A stretch of DNA of 64,000 bases from Dehalococcoidia bacterium (GCA_965262725.1 OZ253555.1:2464001-2528000), one strand, 5' to 3'. Positions 1-10,070 are shown, counted from the first letter of the stretch. Made by a program: numbers and translations. The notes: generated by a model from the sequence alone, not told the origin.

Positions 1-1
1 C

Positions 2-985
2 AAGGTTCCCCTAGAGCCTCCGGTCGCCGTCTCGCTGTTTAGCGGCGGCTTGGACTCCCTTGCCGGGCTCGCGTGCCGAACAACGGAAGACCTTGGTGGG
101 TCGCGCGTACTCGTCTCCGGATACACCCACAACCGTCTGCTCAGCCAGCAGCGATCGCAGGTGCAGCACATCAGGTCGGTGCTCAATGAGCGCTCTCCCG
201 GCGCGGGCTCAAGAGTCACGCACGTGGCGGTCGGCTTCGGCATGCGCCGGCCTGAAGGAGGCTGCGGGGAGAAGGGGCAGCGTACACGCGCGCTGGTCTT
301 CCTCGCCCTCGGAGCGACTGCAGCCGCGCAGGCGGGCACCGACACGCTGTGGGTCTACGAGAACGGCGTCGGAGCTCTGAACCTCCCCATCAATGAGACG
401 CAACTCGGCGTCGACAACTACAGAGGCGTCCATCCTCGCTCCCTCAGGCTGTTCGAGGCCCTGGTTGAGCCTGTACTCGGCCGTGAGGTCCGCGTGAGGA
501 ATCCTTTCCTGTTTCACACGAAGGCCGAGATGTGCCGGTCATTGCTCCCAGCCGGACTCGCCGGTGCGGTGGAGCACACGATCACTTGTGACAGCTTCCC
601 GATGCGCATCCCCGACCAGGCGCCGCAATGCGGCCACTGCACCTCGTGTGTTCTTCGGCGGCAGGCCCTCCACGCCGCTGGATTGGGCAGGTACGACCCT
701 GCCGCCGCATACCGGCACGACGTGCGCACGGAGCGGGCGGTGCTGAGCAACGACAACGCCTACGACGTCGAAGCAATGCGCGGCCAGATCCAGCGGCTGG
801 AACAGGCCCTTGTTTCAGGCGATCCGTGGCGATCCCTCATGGCTTCGTTTCCAGAACTCGGGCGGATCAGCACCGAACTCGGACGGTACGATGGCCTGAA
901 CGCGGCGCAGGTCGGCGCCAAGTTCGTCCGCCTTTTCCAGACCTACGTGCGCGAGTGGCGGCGGTTCATGCCACAGTCCGACTAA
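2..985 (+). CDS. QueC-like (7-cyano-7-deazaguanine synthase family, QatC/Cap9-like) protein, 5'-truncated by window edge
   Basis: Frame is open from base 2: KVPLEPPVAVSLFSGGLDSLAG (SGGxDS PP-loop). Also YENG, NPFLFHTKAEM, TITC and the Zn motif CGHCTSCVLRR. Confidence 0.85.
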   Translation, partial: KVPLEPPVAVSLFSGGLDSLAGLACRTTEDLGGSRVLVSGYTHNRLLSQQRSQVQHIRSVLNERSPGAGSRVTHVAVGFGMRRPEGGCGEKGQRTRALVFLALGATAAAQAGTDTLWVYENGVGALNLPINETQLGVDNYRGVHPRSLRLFEALVEPVLGREVRVRNPFLFHTKAEMCRSLLPAGLAGAVEHTITCDSFPMRIPDQAPQCGHCTSCVLRRQALHAAGLGRYDPAAAYRHDVRTERAVLSNDNAYDVEAMRGQIQRLEQALVSGDPWRSLMASFPELGRISTELGRYDGLNAAQVGAKFVRLFQTYVREWRRFMPQSD

Positions 986-1002
986 CAACCCGGGAGGTTT
1001 CC

Positions 1003-2232
1003 ATGCCACAGCACGAGACGCTGGCTCTCGACCCTCGCGCACTGGGCCGACGCCTCCAGGAGGCGAGAAAGGCTCGCGGGCTCACGCAGCAAGACGCCGC
1101 TGAGTCGCTCGCAGTAGCTCGGACGACGATCACCGCGATCGAGAAGGGTGACCGACAGGCCCGCCCGGACGAGCTCATCCGGCTAGCGAATGTCTACGGC
1201 AGGCGGGTCAGCGATCTCGTCGGCCCGAAAGAACCCATCGCGGACTTCGCCGCCCAATTCCGCACGGCGGCCGTCCGCGGTGCCCCTGACGATCTGCAAG
1301 AGGAAATGAGTCAGGCGCTCCGGGACTTTCAGGATCTGTGCCAAGACTACTTGTACCTCGAGCAGTTGAGTGGAGTGTCGCCCGGACCCACCTACCCGCC
1401 CCAGTATCCGACGACCGGGACGGCTCCCGAGGAGGCCGCCCAGGATGTCGCCTCATTCGAACGCAACCGACTGGGTCTCGGCGATGGACCGATACTGCGC
1501 CTGAGGGAGACGCTTGAGCAGGACGTAGGCCTCCGCGTGTTCTCCATCGCGATGCCCTCGCGGGTGGCGGGCATCTTCGCCTACACGGACGAGTTGGGCG
1601 GTTGCATCGCCGTCAATGCTCGCCATCCGGCAGAACGCCGGCGATGGTCGCTGGCCCACGAGTACGCCCATTTCCTGACGAGCCGCTATCGGTCGGAAAT
1701 CTCCTTTCTGGGCTCGCGCCGTCGCGTCCCCGCGACCGAGCGGTTCGCTGACACCTTTGCCCGCTGTTTGCTCATGTCGGAGTCCGGGCTACGCCGCAGG
1801 TTCAACGAACTGGTGAGAGCCAGTGCTGGTAACGTCACCGCTGCAGATGTTTGCCGGCTTGCGCATTACTACTTCGTCTCCGTCGAGGCAATGATGCTGC
1901 GCCTCGAGGAACTCGGTGTCGTCCCGGGAGGTACCTGGGAGCGCCTGCGTGACCGGGGGTTCAAGGCCCGGGAAGCTCAGGAGCACCTCGGCCTGCCACC
2001 GCATCCGAGCGATGATCGGCTCCTGCCGTATCGCTACGAGTTCTTGGCCGCGCGTGCATATGAAGTCGGAAGTCTGACTGAAGGGGAGCTGGCGCGGCTC
2101 CTGCGGACCGACCGTGTGTCGGCTAGGCGGACCCTCCAGAGGCTGGGCAGTGCGCTGCATGTGCTCGACGGAGGGGAAGTGGCGTCTCTCCCGATAGAGC
2201 TCGCTGGCAGCGTCACGAAGCCGGACTCCTAG
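1003..2232 (+). CDS. XRE-family HTH fused to ImmA/IrrE-type Zn metallopeptidase
   Basis: GGAGG RBS before ATG 1003. N-terminal HTH (LGRRLQEARKARGLTQQDAA...IEKG) and HEXXH motif (WSLAHEYAH). Confidence 0.9.
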   Translation: MPQHETLALDPRALGRRLQEARKARGLTQQDAAESLAVARTTITAIEKGDRQARPDELIRLANVYGRRVSDLVGPKEPIADFAAQFRTAAVRGAPDDLQEEMSQALRDFQDLCQDYLYLEQLSGVSPGPTYPPQYPTTGTAPEEAAQDVASFERNRLGLGDGPILRLRETLEQDVGLRVFSIAMPSRVAGIFAYTDELGGCIAVNARHPAERRRWSLAHEYAHFLTSRYRSEISFLGSRRRVPATERFADTFARCLLMSESGLRRRFNELVRASAGNVTAADVCRLAHYYFVSVEAMMLRLEELGVVPGGTWERLRDRGFKAREAQEHLGLPPHPSDDRLLPYRYEFLAARAYEVGSLTEGELARLLRTDRVSARRTLQRLGSALHVLDGGEVASLPIELAGSVTKPDS

Positions 2233-2244
2233 GGTCGAGCCACT

Positions 2245-2805
2245 GTGGACCGACGACCTGCGAGCCTCATTCTCGACGCCAGCTGCCTGCTCAACCTCTA
2301 TGCCACCAAACGCTTCGGGGAGATCCTGGCGTCGTTGCCCGAGCAAGTCGGTGTCGCGGACTACGTTCTTGAGGAGGAAGCTCTCTTCATCCGCCGTGAG
2401 CCTTCCGCCGATGGCGAGGACGACCAACTCCTCGTGGACCTGTCTCCGTTTGTGTCCGAGGGCTTGGTGGAAGTGATGCGCCTGGCGAGTCCAGCCGAAG
2501 AGACCACGTTCGTGACCCTTGCCGCCCTGATCGACGACGGTGAGGCGGTGACATCAGCTCTAGCCTTCCACCGTGGGTGCTCCGTCGCGACGGACGACCG
2601 CAAGGCTAGGCGTGTCCTCGCTGAACAGGCCCGGACAGTCCCGCTTGTCTCCACACTTGACCTCGTGAGCCAGTGGCAGGAGACGATGTCCGTGCCTCTA
2701 GGCGAGCTTCGGACCGCGCTGGAGCGCATGCGCTCCGGCGCTAGCTACGTGCCTGGTCCCCGCGATCCCCGCTACGGGTGGTGGCTGGACGTCATGCAAA
2801 GCTAG
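2245..2805 (+). CDS. PIN-domain protein (putative toxin/nuclease)
   Basis: LILDASCLL...DDGEA...ATDDRKAR acidic PIN pattern. Directly follows the HTH-peptidase gene. Confidence 0.8.
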   Translation: MDRRPASLILDASCLLNLYATKRFGEILASLPEQVGVADYVLEEEALFIRREPSADGEDDQLLVDLSPFVSEGLVEVMRLASPAEETTFVTLAALIDDGEAVTSALAFHRGCSVATDDRKARRVLAEQARTVPLVSTLDLVSQWQETMSVPLGELRTALERMRSGASYVPGPRDPRYGWWLDVMQS

Positions 2806-3140
2806 GCCGCGTCCGTCGCGGATGAGGCGCGCGGGCAATTGTTCTACCACTGGAGCATGGGCATGAAGCTGCGGTCATGCGAAAAAGGGTGCGCCAGGTT
2901 GTATCTGGAGCTCTCGTTCTGAGCGCAGCGGCAGCGTCGCTCCCGCGGTGCCGGGCCACGACTCCGGAGCCCAGCCAAGTAGCGTCCACGGCACGGGCAC
3001 GTGATCGCAGAACCGATTGGGCTGGCAATGCAGGGTCAGCCGTCAATCGCTAGCCGGTGAATTCCCGTCTCCCTGACCGCGCTGCGCAGTCCCATGTACC
3101 GCTCGGGTCCTTGTGACGCCGTAGTCGCGTCCCCGGTTGC

Positions 3141-3372
3141 GCTCATCGCTCGCAAGGTGATCCAGTCATCGGCTGGAAGGTGATCCACTCCGGGGCAGCG
3201 CCCAGCATGTTCGGCGGCGGGGGCCGCGAACGCTGGGGGAGAGGATGCTTCGAGTGGAGGAAGTCCATGTACTCCGGCACAAGGTGCTGGTCGAGGGCCA
3301 GAGCCGACGCCGGGTGGCGCGCGAGATGGGTATCAGCCGCAACACGGTGCGGCGCTACCTGACGCTCAGCAC
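3141..3372 (+). pseudogene. IS21-family left end and istA 5' remnant
   Basis: Repeated AAGGTGATCCA sub-terminal boxes, then IstA N-terminal HTH ([18 protein letters not shown]), then truncation. Confidence 0.7.
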
Positions 3373-3379
3373 GCCCGGG

Positions 3380-3600
3380 GTGGAGCAGCTGGAGGCGCGC
3401 TGTTCCGAGGCCGTGGCGATGCTCGCCGACGCCGCGGAGGAGATCCTGGCGTTCACGGCCTTCCCGGTCACGCACTGGCGGCAGATCTGGTCGAACAACC
3501 CCCAGGAGCGGCTCAACAAGGAGATCCGCCGGCGCACCAACGTGGTCGGCATCTTCCCCAACCGCTCAGCGGTCATCCGGCTCATCGGTGCAGTGCTCTC
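3380..3600 (+). pseudogene. IS256-family transposase 3' remnant, part 1 (interrupted by IS21)
   Basis: Near-identical to the 3' part of the intact IS256 gene 58006..59229 ([17 protein letters not shown]). Continues at 9790. Confidence 0.85.
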
Positions 3601-3756
3601 TGTGAATCGCCAGGATCTATAGACCAGCAAACGGCGAGATCGCCAGGGTCTATGTGCCACTTCGCCAAGGTCATTGAGCCACCCCTCCGGGGGGTCTGAC
3701 CACTCGGGCCGCCGGTACGGCCACCATCGCCTGCATCCCCAGCGGAGGGAGCAGCG

Positions 3757-5337
3757 ATGGCCTACCGGGAGGTACACGGGGTGGAGATCCAGGAGATCAT
3801 TCGACGCTGGCAGGCGGGGCTCAGCCAGCGCCGCATCGCCAGCGGGATGGGGTTGTCGCGTCAGACGGTCCGCCGCTACATCGACGCGGCCGAAGCGGCC
3901 GGCCTCACACCTGACGGTCCCGAGCCGAGTGAGGAGCAGCTCGCCGCGCTGGCGACGCTGAGCCTCTCCGGCCCGCGGCAGGTCGAGGCGCCGAGCGAAG
4001 AGCTGCTCTCGCCCTGGGCGGAGCAGATCGAGCGCTGGCTTGAGACCGACCGCCTGCAACTGACGCGCATCCAGGAGCTCCTCGCCGGACGAGGCTGCGA
4101 GGTCTCCTACACCACGCTGCGGCGTTTCATCCGGCGCCGCGGCTGGCGCCACCGGCTGCCGTCGACCGTGCGCATGGACGACGGGCCGCCGGGCGAGGTG
4201 GCGGAGATGGACTTCGGCCGCCTCGGCTTCATCCGGGACCCCGAGAGCGGCCGCCGGCGCGCGGTGTGGGCGCTGGTCGTCGTCTGGCGCTACTCCCGCC
4301 ACTGCTTTGTGTGGCCCACCACCAGCCAGAAGCTGGACGCTGTGATCGAGGGCCTGGAGGAGGCCTGGGCCTTCTTCGGGGGAGTGCCCCGCTACCTCGT
4401 CATCGATAACTTCCCGGCCGCCGTCGCCGGGGCCGACGCGCTGCACCCGCGCTTCACGCGGGGCTTCCTCGAGTACGCCCGCCACCGCGGCTTCATCACC
4501 GACCCCGCGCGCGTGCGTCATCCCCGCGACAAGCCGCGCGTCGAGCGCAGCATCCCCTACGTGCGCGAGCGCCTCTTCAAGGGCGGCGACTTCCGGGACG
4601 TCGTCGACCTGCGCTCCGCCGCCCGCAGCTGGTGCCTGGAGGTGGCGGGACAGCGCATCCACGGCACGACCCGCCGCCGGCCGCTCGAGGTCTTCCGGGA
4701 GGAGGAGCTCCCTCTCCTCGCTCCCTGGGACGGCGAGCCCTACGAGGTCCCCGACTGGCGGACCGCCACGGTCCATCCCGACCACCACATCGCCTGCCAG
4801 TACGCGCTGTACTCGGTGCCGTCCACGGCCTGCCCGCCCCGCCAGAAGGTCGAGGTGCAGCTCGGCTCGAAGCTGGTGCGCATCTACCACCGCGGTCAGC
4901 TCATCAAGGTCCACCCGCGCCAGCGCCGGGGCGGCCGCGCCACCGACCCGAACGACTACCCGGCCGAGCTCACCCCCTACACCAGGCGGGCGCCCGACTG
5001 GATACAGCGCCGCGCCGCCGAGCTGGGGGAGGCCGTGGGCGCCTACGCCGAGCGTCTCTTCGAGGGCTCCCTGCCCTGGGCGAAGCTCCGGCAGGGCCAC
5101 AAGCTGCTGCGCCTCGCCGAGCGCTACTCCCCGGACCGCCTCGACGCCGCCTGCCGCCGCGCGCTCGAGGTCGACCTCATCGACGTGCGCCGCCTCGAGC
5201 GCATCCTCGTCGAGGCCCTCGACCAGGAGAGCACCCCAGACCAGCCCGAGCTGCCGCCGCCTCCGGGGCGCTTCGCCCACTCGGGCTCCGTCTTCGCCCA
5301 GTCCCGCGCGCAGACCCCGACAGGAGCACCACGATGA
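3757..5337 (+). CDS. istA: IS21 transposase IstA
   Basis: HTH, PGEVAEMDFG, VIDNF, RDKPRVER (DDE/rve). Confidence 0.92.
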   Translation: MAYREVHGVEIQEIIRRWQAGLSQRRIASGMGLSRQTVRRYIDAAEAAGLTPDGPEPSEEQLAALATLSLSGPRQVEAPSEELLSPWAEQIERWLETDRLQLTRIQELLAGRGCEVSYTTLRRFIRRRGWRHRLPSTVRMDDGPPGEVAEMDFGRLGFIRDPESGRRRAVWALVVVWRYSRHCFVWPTTSQKLDAVIEGLEEAWAFFGGVPRYLVIDNFPAAVAGADALHPRFTRGFLEYARHRGFITDPARVRHPRDKPRVERSIPYVRERLFKGGDFRDVVDLRSAARSWCLEVAGQRIHGTTRRRPLEVFREEELPLLAPWDGEPYEVPDWRTATVHPDHHIACQYALYSVPSTACPPRQKVEVQLGSKLVRIYHRGQLIKVHPRQRRGGRATDPNDYPAELTPYTRRAPDWIQRRAAELGEAVGAYAERLFEGSLPWAKLRQGHKLLRLAERYSPDRLDAACRRALEVDLIDVRRLERILVEALDQESTPDQPELPPPPGRFAHSGSVFAQSRAQTPTGAPR

Positions 5338-6107
5338 CCGCCACCACCTCAGACCTCCGCCCGCTGCTCAAGCGCCTCAAGCTCGGCCGTATGCTCGACA
5401 CCCTGCCCGAGCGCATCGCCCTCGCGCGGCGCGACCACCTCGACTACGCGGACTTCCTGCAGATCCTGCTCGTCGACGAGGTGAGCCGCCGCGACCACGG
5501 GCGGTTGGAGCTGCGCCTGCGCCAGGCCGGCTTCGAGCAGCTCTGCCGCCTCGAGGACTTCGACTGGGCGGCCGCCATCCGGCTCGACCGCCGCCTGCTC
5601 GACGCCGCCTTCTCGCTGCACTTCCTCGACCGCCGCGAGCACGTCCTGCTCGTCGGCCCCGTCGGCGTCGGCAAGAGCTTCTTAGCCCAGGCGCTCGGCT
5701 ACTCAGCCGTCCGCTCCGGACGCAGCGTCCGCTTCGCCCCGGCCGACCACTACTTCCGCGAGATGGCGCAGGCCCGCGTCGACCACTCGGCCGAGAAGGT
5801 CTTCCGAAGCTTCCTCGCGCCCGACCTGCTCATCCTCGACGACCTCGGGCTCCATCGCCTCAGCGCGCAGCAGTCCATCGACCTCTACGAGCTGGTCATC
5901 GGGCGCCACCGCAGCTCGAGCTTCGTCATCACCTCGAACCGCGCCGTGGAGGAATGGCTGGGTCTCTTCGACGACCCGATCCTCGGCAACAGCGCCCTCG
6001 ACCGCCTCGCGAACGCCAGCTACCAGATCGTGATCGAGGGCGATAGCTACCGCCAGCGGCTCTCGCCGCACCGCGCCCTGCTCGAGGCGCAGACGGGAGG
6101 TGATTGA
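5334..6107 (+). CDS. istB: IS21 helper ATPase IstB
   Basis: ATGA overlap with istA. Walker A GPVGVGKS, LLILDDLG, ITSN, SALDRL. Confidence 0.92.
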   Translation: MTATTSDLRPLLKRLKLGRMLDTLPERIALARRDHLDYADFLQILLVDEVSRRDHGRLELRLRQAGFEQLCRLEDFDWAAAIRLDRRLLDAAFSLHFLDRREHVLLVGPVGVGKSFLAQALGYSAVRSGRSVRFAPADHYFREMAQARVDHSAEKVFRSFLAPDLLILDDLGLHRLSAQQSIDLYELVIGRHRSSSFVITSNRAVEEWLGLFDDPILGNSALDRLANASYQIVIEGDSYRQRLSPHRALLEAQTGGD

Positions 6108-6384
6108 CGCGCTAGACGCTCACTGATATCAAGCCGCCTACCGGCGTCCCGGGTGGTCTAATCTCGAATCCACCGAACGAAGCTTGACGAGGCGGGGTGC
6201 CGGGCTGCCGGAGAGTTCGACGGGTGTGTCGGCGTTCGCCGGGCGGCGCCGGGGGCGGGCCGGAGCCAGGAGCCGTCGCTCAGCACCGCTCGGGGGCGCT
6301 GAGGGTGCGGGCGCGAGGGTGCGCGAGGCGTGGGCGGGCATGCTGGCGCGAGCTTCGGCTCCGGTTCGGCGCTGTGAGCGGGCG

Positions 6385-7710
6385 TCAGGTCGGGAGCGGT
6401 ATCGCCCGTAGTCGCGCGAGCGCGGCTGCCAGCTGCCCGGCCCAGGGCCAGCGCTTCGGGAGGTGCAGGGTCCACCGCCGGGCAGAGTGGGTGAGCCGTC
6501 CGGCGAGAGAGAAGTAGCGCCGCCTGAGCGTCCTGGTCGTCACGATCCCCTCGCCGAGCCCGAGGCGTGCCGTCCAGCGGGCGAGGTTGTGCGCGATCAC
6601 CTGCACCGCGAGCCACGCCGCGTTCGCGGCGAAGCGGCCCGAGGGGAGATGGTTCAACCCGACGCCGTACTTGAGGTCGCGGATCGCGTTCTCGATCTCG
6701 GCGTGACGGCGATGGTCGGCCTCCAGCTCCATCATCTCCCCCGCGCGATCGGTGATGAAGGCGTGGTAACTGTAGTTCACGAAGAGCGCGAGCTGTGAGC
6801 CGGGCGTCGGCTTGACGCGCCGCACGATGAGCCGCACCGCGGTGGCGTCCCTCGTGTGCTGGAACGGCGTGTAGGTCGTCTCGGCGACAGCGGCGCCGTC
6901 GTCCTGCCAGTACGGGATCGGCGTCCAGTCCTCTTCCGGTATCGCCTCGATCAGCCGGCGTACGTTCGGCTGCTGGCGAATGGTGATGGAGAAGCGGACA
7001 TCCTGCTTGCGACAGACGGCGACGACAGCGTGGTTGTAGAAGCCGCTGTCGGCGCGCACCGTGAGCTGCCCGCTCGCCCCGGCGTCGCGCACCCGGCCCA
7101 CCGTCTCACGCAGGAAGTGGGCGGCCCCCCGAGCGGTGTTGGCACGGCCCCCGCGCAGCCGGGCCATCAGCACCTCACCCGTCCCGGCCGCCACCGCGAG
7201 CAGCGGGTGATAGCCGCGCACGCCCGTGTAGCCGTGGTGCCGGGCGCCCTCTTTCGCCAGTCCGTAGGTCTCGCAGAGCGTCGAGTCGAGGTCGATCGTG
7301 AACGGTGCCGCGCCGGGTCCCGCCCCGGCCGCCCAACTGCGGGCCAGCAACTCGCGGCTGACGCGGTCGAGCTGGCGGACGTGGCCCCAGCGGAAGCTGC
7401 GCAGGAACGTCCCGAGGGTGGACGGCGCCTTCACCGTGCAGCCGAGCACGCGCCCGGCGCCGCCTGAGCGCATGGCATCGGCGTCATCGATGCAGTCGCC
7501 GCCCGCGAGCGCCGAGGCGATGAGAGTCATCAGCTTGTCGCCGACGTTCGCCCGCCCCGCTGCGTCACCGAGGTCGAGGTGGGCGTCTGCCAGTTCACGG
7601 AGGCCGAGCCGGCCAGCGAGCGTGGCCGGGAGCAGCAGGCCCGCGTGGTCCACGAGGCGGTCGTCGTCGAAGGCGATGTGTATCCGGTCGGGGCTGCTCG
7701 TTGCTAACAT
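6385..7710 (-). CDS. IS1380-family transposase
   Basis: HAGLLL, IDLDST, GYHPLLA, RADSGFY, HAEIENAIRDLK, PSGRFAANAAW motifs. Confidence 0.92.
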   Translation of the reverse strand: MLATSSPDRIHIAFDDDRLVDHAGLLLPATLAGRLGLRELADAHLDLGDAAGRANVGDKLMTLIASALAGGDCIDDADAMRSGGAGRVLGCTVKAPSTLGTFLRSFRWGHVRQLDRVSRELLARSWAAGAGPGAAPFTIDLDSTLCETYGLAKEGARHHGYTGVRGYHPLLAVAAGTGEVLMARLRGGRANTARGAAHFLRETVGRVRDAGASGQLTVRADSGFYNHAVVAVCRKQDVRFSITIRQQPNVRRLIEAIPEEDWTPIPYWQDDGAAVAETTYTPFQHTRDATAVRLIVRRVKPTPGSQLALFVNYSYHAFITDRAGEMMELEADHRRHAEIENAIRDLKYGVGLNHLPSGRFAANAAWLAVQVIAHNLARWTARLGLGEGIVTTRTLRRRYFSLAGRLTHSARRWTLHLPKRWPWAGQLAAALARLRAIPLPT

Positions 7711-7811
7711 CGAATGGGTGCTCCCTGTGGCTGTGACGTGATTCGGTCAAAAACCATTGTCCCAGCTACAGCGGAGCACCCAACCCCAGCCGCTCGCGCA
7801 CTCTTCTTCGG

Positions 7812-9728
7812 TTCGCGGTAGGGATGCCGGTTGCCCGGCACCCCCCGCACAGATCCGGACGTGCCCTCTCGGGCATCCGGCTCCTACCTCAAGTGCGTGA
7901 CGGCAAATCGCTCCGCAGGCCACGGGTGAAGGATGGAGATTCGGGGCCAGTGTTTCTGGCACAGGGCAAGGATGCGCTCCCACGTGAAACGGTCGCGCTG
8001 CGACCGCCGTCGGAGAACGCGCAGCCAGAGCCGCTTCACGAAACGAACAAACTGCGTGAGCGCCGGCGAGCTGGTCGGCACCGCGTAGTAGCCAAGCCAC
8101 CCACGCAGTACCCGCCCCAGCCACTGCCCCGTCGTCACGGGGTTGTCGTGCATGCGCCGCCACAACTCGGCCTTGATGGCCTTCAGCGTCCGGCGCATCC
8201 GCTTCGCAACGGGCTTGCGCCCCAGCCCGAATCTCCCGTCGCGTCGGGTCCGGCAGTAGTGCGTCATGCCGAGAAAGTCGAACGTCTCCGGTCGGCCCTC
8301 CCCGCGCTTCCGCCTGTTCGCCAGCGCGAACCTGCCGAACTCAAGTAGACGGGTCTTCTCCGGGTGCAGCTCCAGCCCGTAGGCCGCGAACCGCTCCCGG
8401 AGTGCCTCCATGAACCGCACCGCATCGCTGCGGTGCTGGAACCCCAGGACGAAGTCATCGGCATACCGCACGATGTACGCCTCGCCCCGGACCTCCCGCG
8501 GTCGCCACTCGCGCGCAAACCAGTCGTCGAGCACGTTGTGCAGGTACACGTTCGCAAGCAGCGGCGATATCGGCGCCCCCTGCGGCATCCCCCGCACGAA
8601 ATCGACTTCCGGCTCCGCGTCCATGACGCCGACGCTCAGCCACTTTCGTATCAGGCGCAACACCCGCTGGTCCCCGATGCGCATCTCCAGAAACGACATC
8701 AGCCGCCCCCGGTCGATGCTGCCGAAGAACTCCCGGATGTCCACCTCGACAATCCAGCTGACCTTGCGCCGTTCGACCGCGTAGGCCAGTGCGTCCAGCG
8801 CGTCATGCGCCGAACGCCCCGGCCTGAAGCCATGCGAGAAGCCGTAGTAGCCCGACTCGTAAATCGGGTTCAAAAGATTGTCCACCACCGCCCGCTGAAC
8901 GATCTTGTCCTCCAGCGAGACGATACCGAGCGGCCGTATTCCCCCGTCCGGCTTGGGTATCTCTACCCGCCTGACGGGCTTCGCCCGGTACGCTCCACGG
9001 TGTACGCGGCCATGCAGGTCGAGCAATCGCTCGTCCAGCCCGTCCCCGTATTCTCGCCACCTCACCCCGTCCACGCCCGGAGCCGCATCCCGCTTCAACG
9101 CGAGATACGCCTCCCGCAGCGCCTCCGGCGTGATGTGGTGCAAGAGCGCGGTGAGTTTCTCTCCCGGCTTCCGTTCCACGAACTGCCGTATCCTCTCCGC
9201 TCCGGGTGACACCGCACCCCGACTCTGCGTCCGGACCGTGCCGGTGCTTTGAGGATTCCTCTCGGTTGGGGCCCTTTGCTCCAGCGACTCCGCCGGGGCT
9301 CGCGCCCCCTTGTTCGCCGCCTTCATCGCTCGTACGGCCCCATCAGACTGCTGCGCATCGTGCATCATCGGCTACGGTTTACGTCCCTTCCCGACGCGGT
9401 CCCGGCGTACGACTCGTCGGGACAACGCGCAGCTCTCCCAAGTCCCGGCGATAGACGTGTGTGCGTGCATGGGGTCTTCGACACCGTGGGGCCCGACCAC
9501 GACTCGCCAGTAGCGCCGTCGCCGGTATTGCCTTCGACCAATCCAAGAGCCTCGGCACCCCAAATGGCCCTTTCGATGCTCATTAGCCCCGCCCGCACAC
9601 CCCGCTGCCGACGCTTCACAAGCCGCCTCGCGACGACCCGCGCACGGCTCGCGGAATGACATGAGTGGCTAGCTCTTTGCCATAGAGGACTTCCACCTCC
9701 TGCCTACTCGCCAGTTAGCCTGGCGCTC
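7812..9728 (-). mobile_element. Group II intron, copy 1 (1917 bp, probably class E-like)
   Basis: RT ORF followed by domain V (GAGCCGGATGC...GCACGTCCGGATC) and domain VI. Boundaries set by comparison with copy 2 and by restoring the IS1380 IR. Confidence 0.9.
7884..9368 (-). CDS. ltrA: Group II intron reverse transcriptase/maturase, no endonuclease domain
   Basis: IPKPDGGIRPLGI, SHGFRPGRS, PQGAPISPLLAN, RYADD, domain X. True start may be ~150 nt downstream (GTG, VSPGAERI). Confidence 0.93.
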   Translation of the reverse strand: MMHDAQQSDGAVRAMKAANKGARAPAESLEQRAPTERNPQSTGTVRTQSRGAVSPGAERIRQFVERKPGEKLTALLHHITPEALREAYLALKRDAAPGVDGVRWREYGDGLDERLLDLHGRVHRGAYRAKPVRRVEIPKPDGGIRPLGIVSLEDKIVQRAVVDNLLNPIYESGYYGFSHGFRPGRSAHDALDALAYAVERRKVSWIVEVDIREFFGSIDRGRLMSFLEMRIGDQRVLRLIRKWLSVGVMDAEPEVDFVRGMPQGAPISPLLANVYLHNVLDDWFAREWRPREVRGEAYIVRYADDFVLGFQHRSDAVRFMEALRERFAAYGLELHPEKTRLLEFGRFALANRRKRGEGRPETFDFLGMTHYCRTRRDGRFGLGRKPVAKRMRRTLKAIKAELWRRMHDNPVTTGQWLGRVLRGWLGYYAVPTSSPALTQFVRFVKRLWLRVLRRRSQRDRFTWERILALCQKHWPRISILHPWPAERFAVTHLR

Positions 9729-9789
9729 TGGATCAGGGCTAATGACCGTGGCGACGCGTGGCTCAATGACCCTGGCGATCGACACTCTC

Positions 9790-9955
9790 CGAGCAGCACG
9801 ACGAATGGGCCGTCGGGCGGCGCTACATGACGATGATGACGCTGCTCTCCCCGCCGGGGAGTGAGCTCACGTCAGGCAAGGAGGTGCTGCTGCAGGCTGC
9901 CGGCTAACAAATGATAAGGATGGTGCACTGTGACACCACTTGCCGGGACGTGACC
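9790..9955 (+). pseudogene. IS256 remnant part 2 with right IR
   Basis: EQHDEWAVGRRYMT...QAAG* and GACACCACTTGCCGGGACGTGACC, as in 59110-59277. Confidence 0.85.
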
Positions 9956-10070
9956 GCCGCCTGAGCCTCGGGCGCATCGCCACCTGCCAGCTCACCTCTG
10001 ACCCCGCGTGCTCCGGGCGCTTCTCCGCTCCCCGGTAGGCGGCATCGCCCCACACCGGGGCCCGCGGACT
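9956..10070 (-). pseudogene. IS5-family transposase internal fragment
   Basis: VWGDAAYRGAEKRPE...WQVAMRP resembles the IS5 (subgroup IS5) DDE region. Confidence 0.6.

Larger units (their letters stand above)
6163..9738 (-). mobile_element. IS1380-family element, left IR interrupted by group II intron
   Basis: IRs CTCGAATCCACCGAA (6163) and reconstructed CCCTGATCCA|CCGAA. 5-bp duplication CTAAT (6158-6162, 9739-9743) inside the IS21 right end. Confidence 0.85.
3601..9784 (+). mobile_element. IS21-family element carrying nested IS1380 and group II intron
   Basis: Ends TGTGAATCGCCAGG / CCTGGCGATCGACA. 5-bp target duplication CTCTC (3596-3600, 9785-9789). Contains istA-istB. Confidence 0.9.

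Noticed and set aside
628-1002. N-terminal ORF-track extensions (628..2232, 4632..6107, 29667..30461, 43347..44735, 62644..63888)
   Set aside because: The extensions overlap neighbouring genes. RBS and homology support the downstream starts used.
3245-3622. 125-aa ORF as a novel transposase
   Set aside because: It is a chance in-frame fusion of an IS21 istA 5' scrap, an IS256 3' scrap and the IS21 end.
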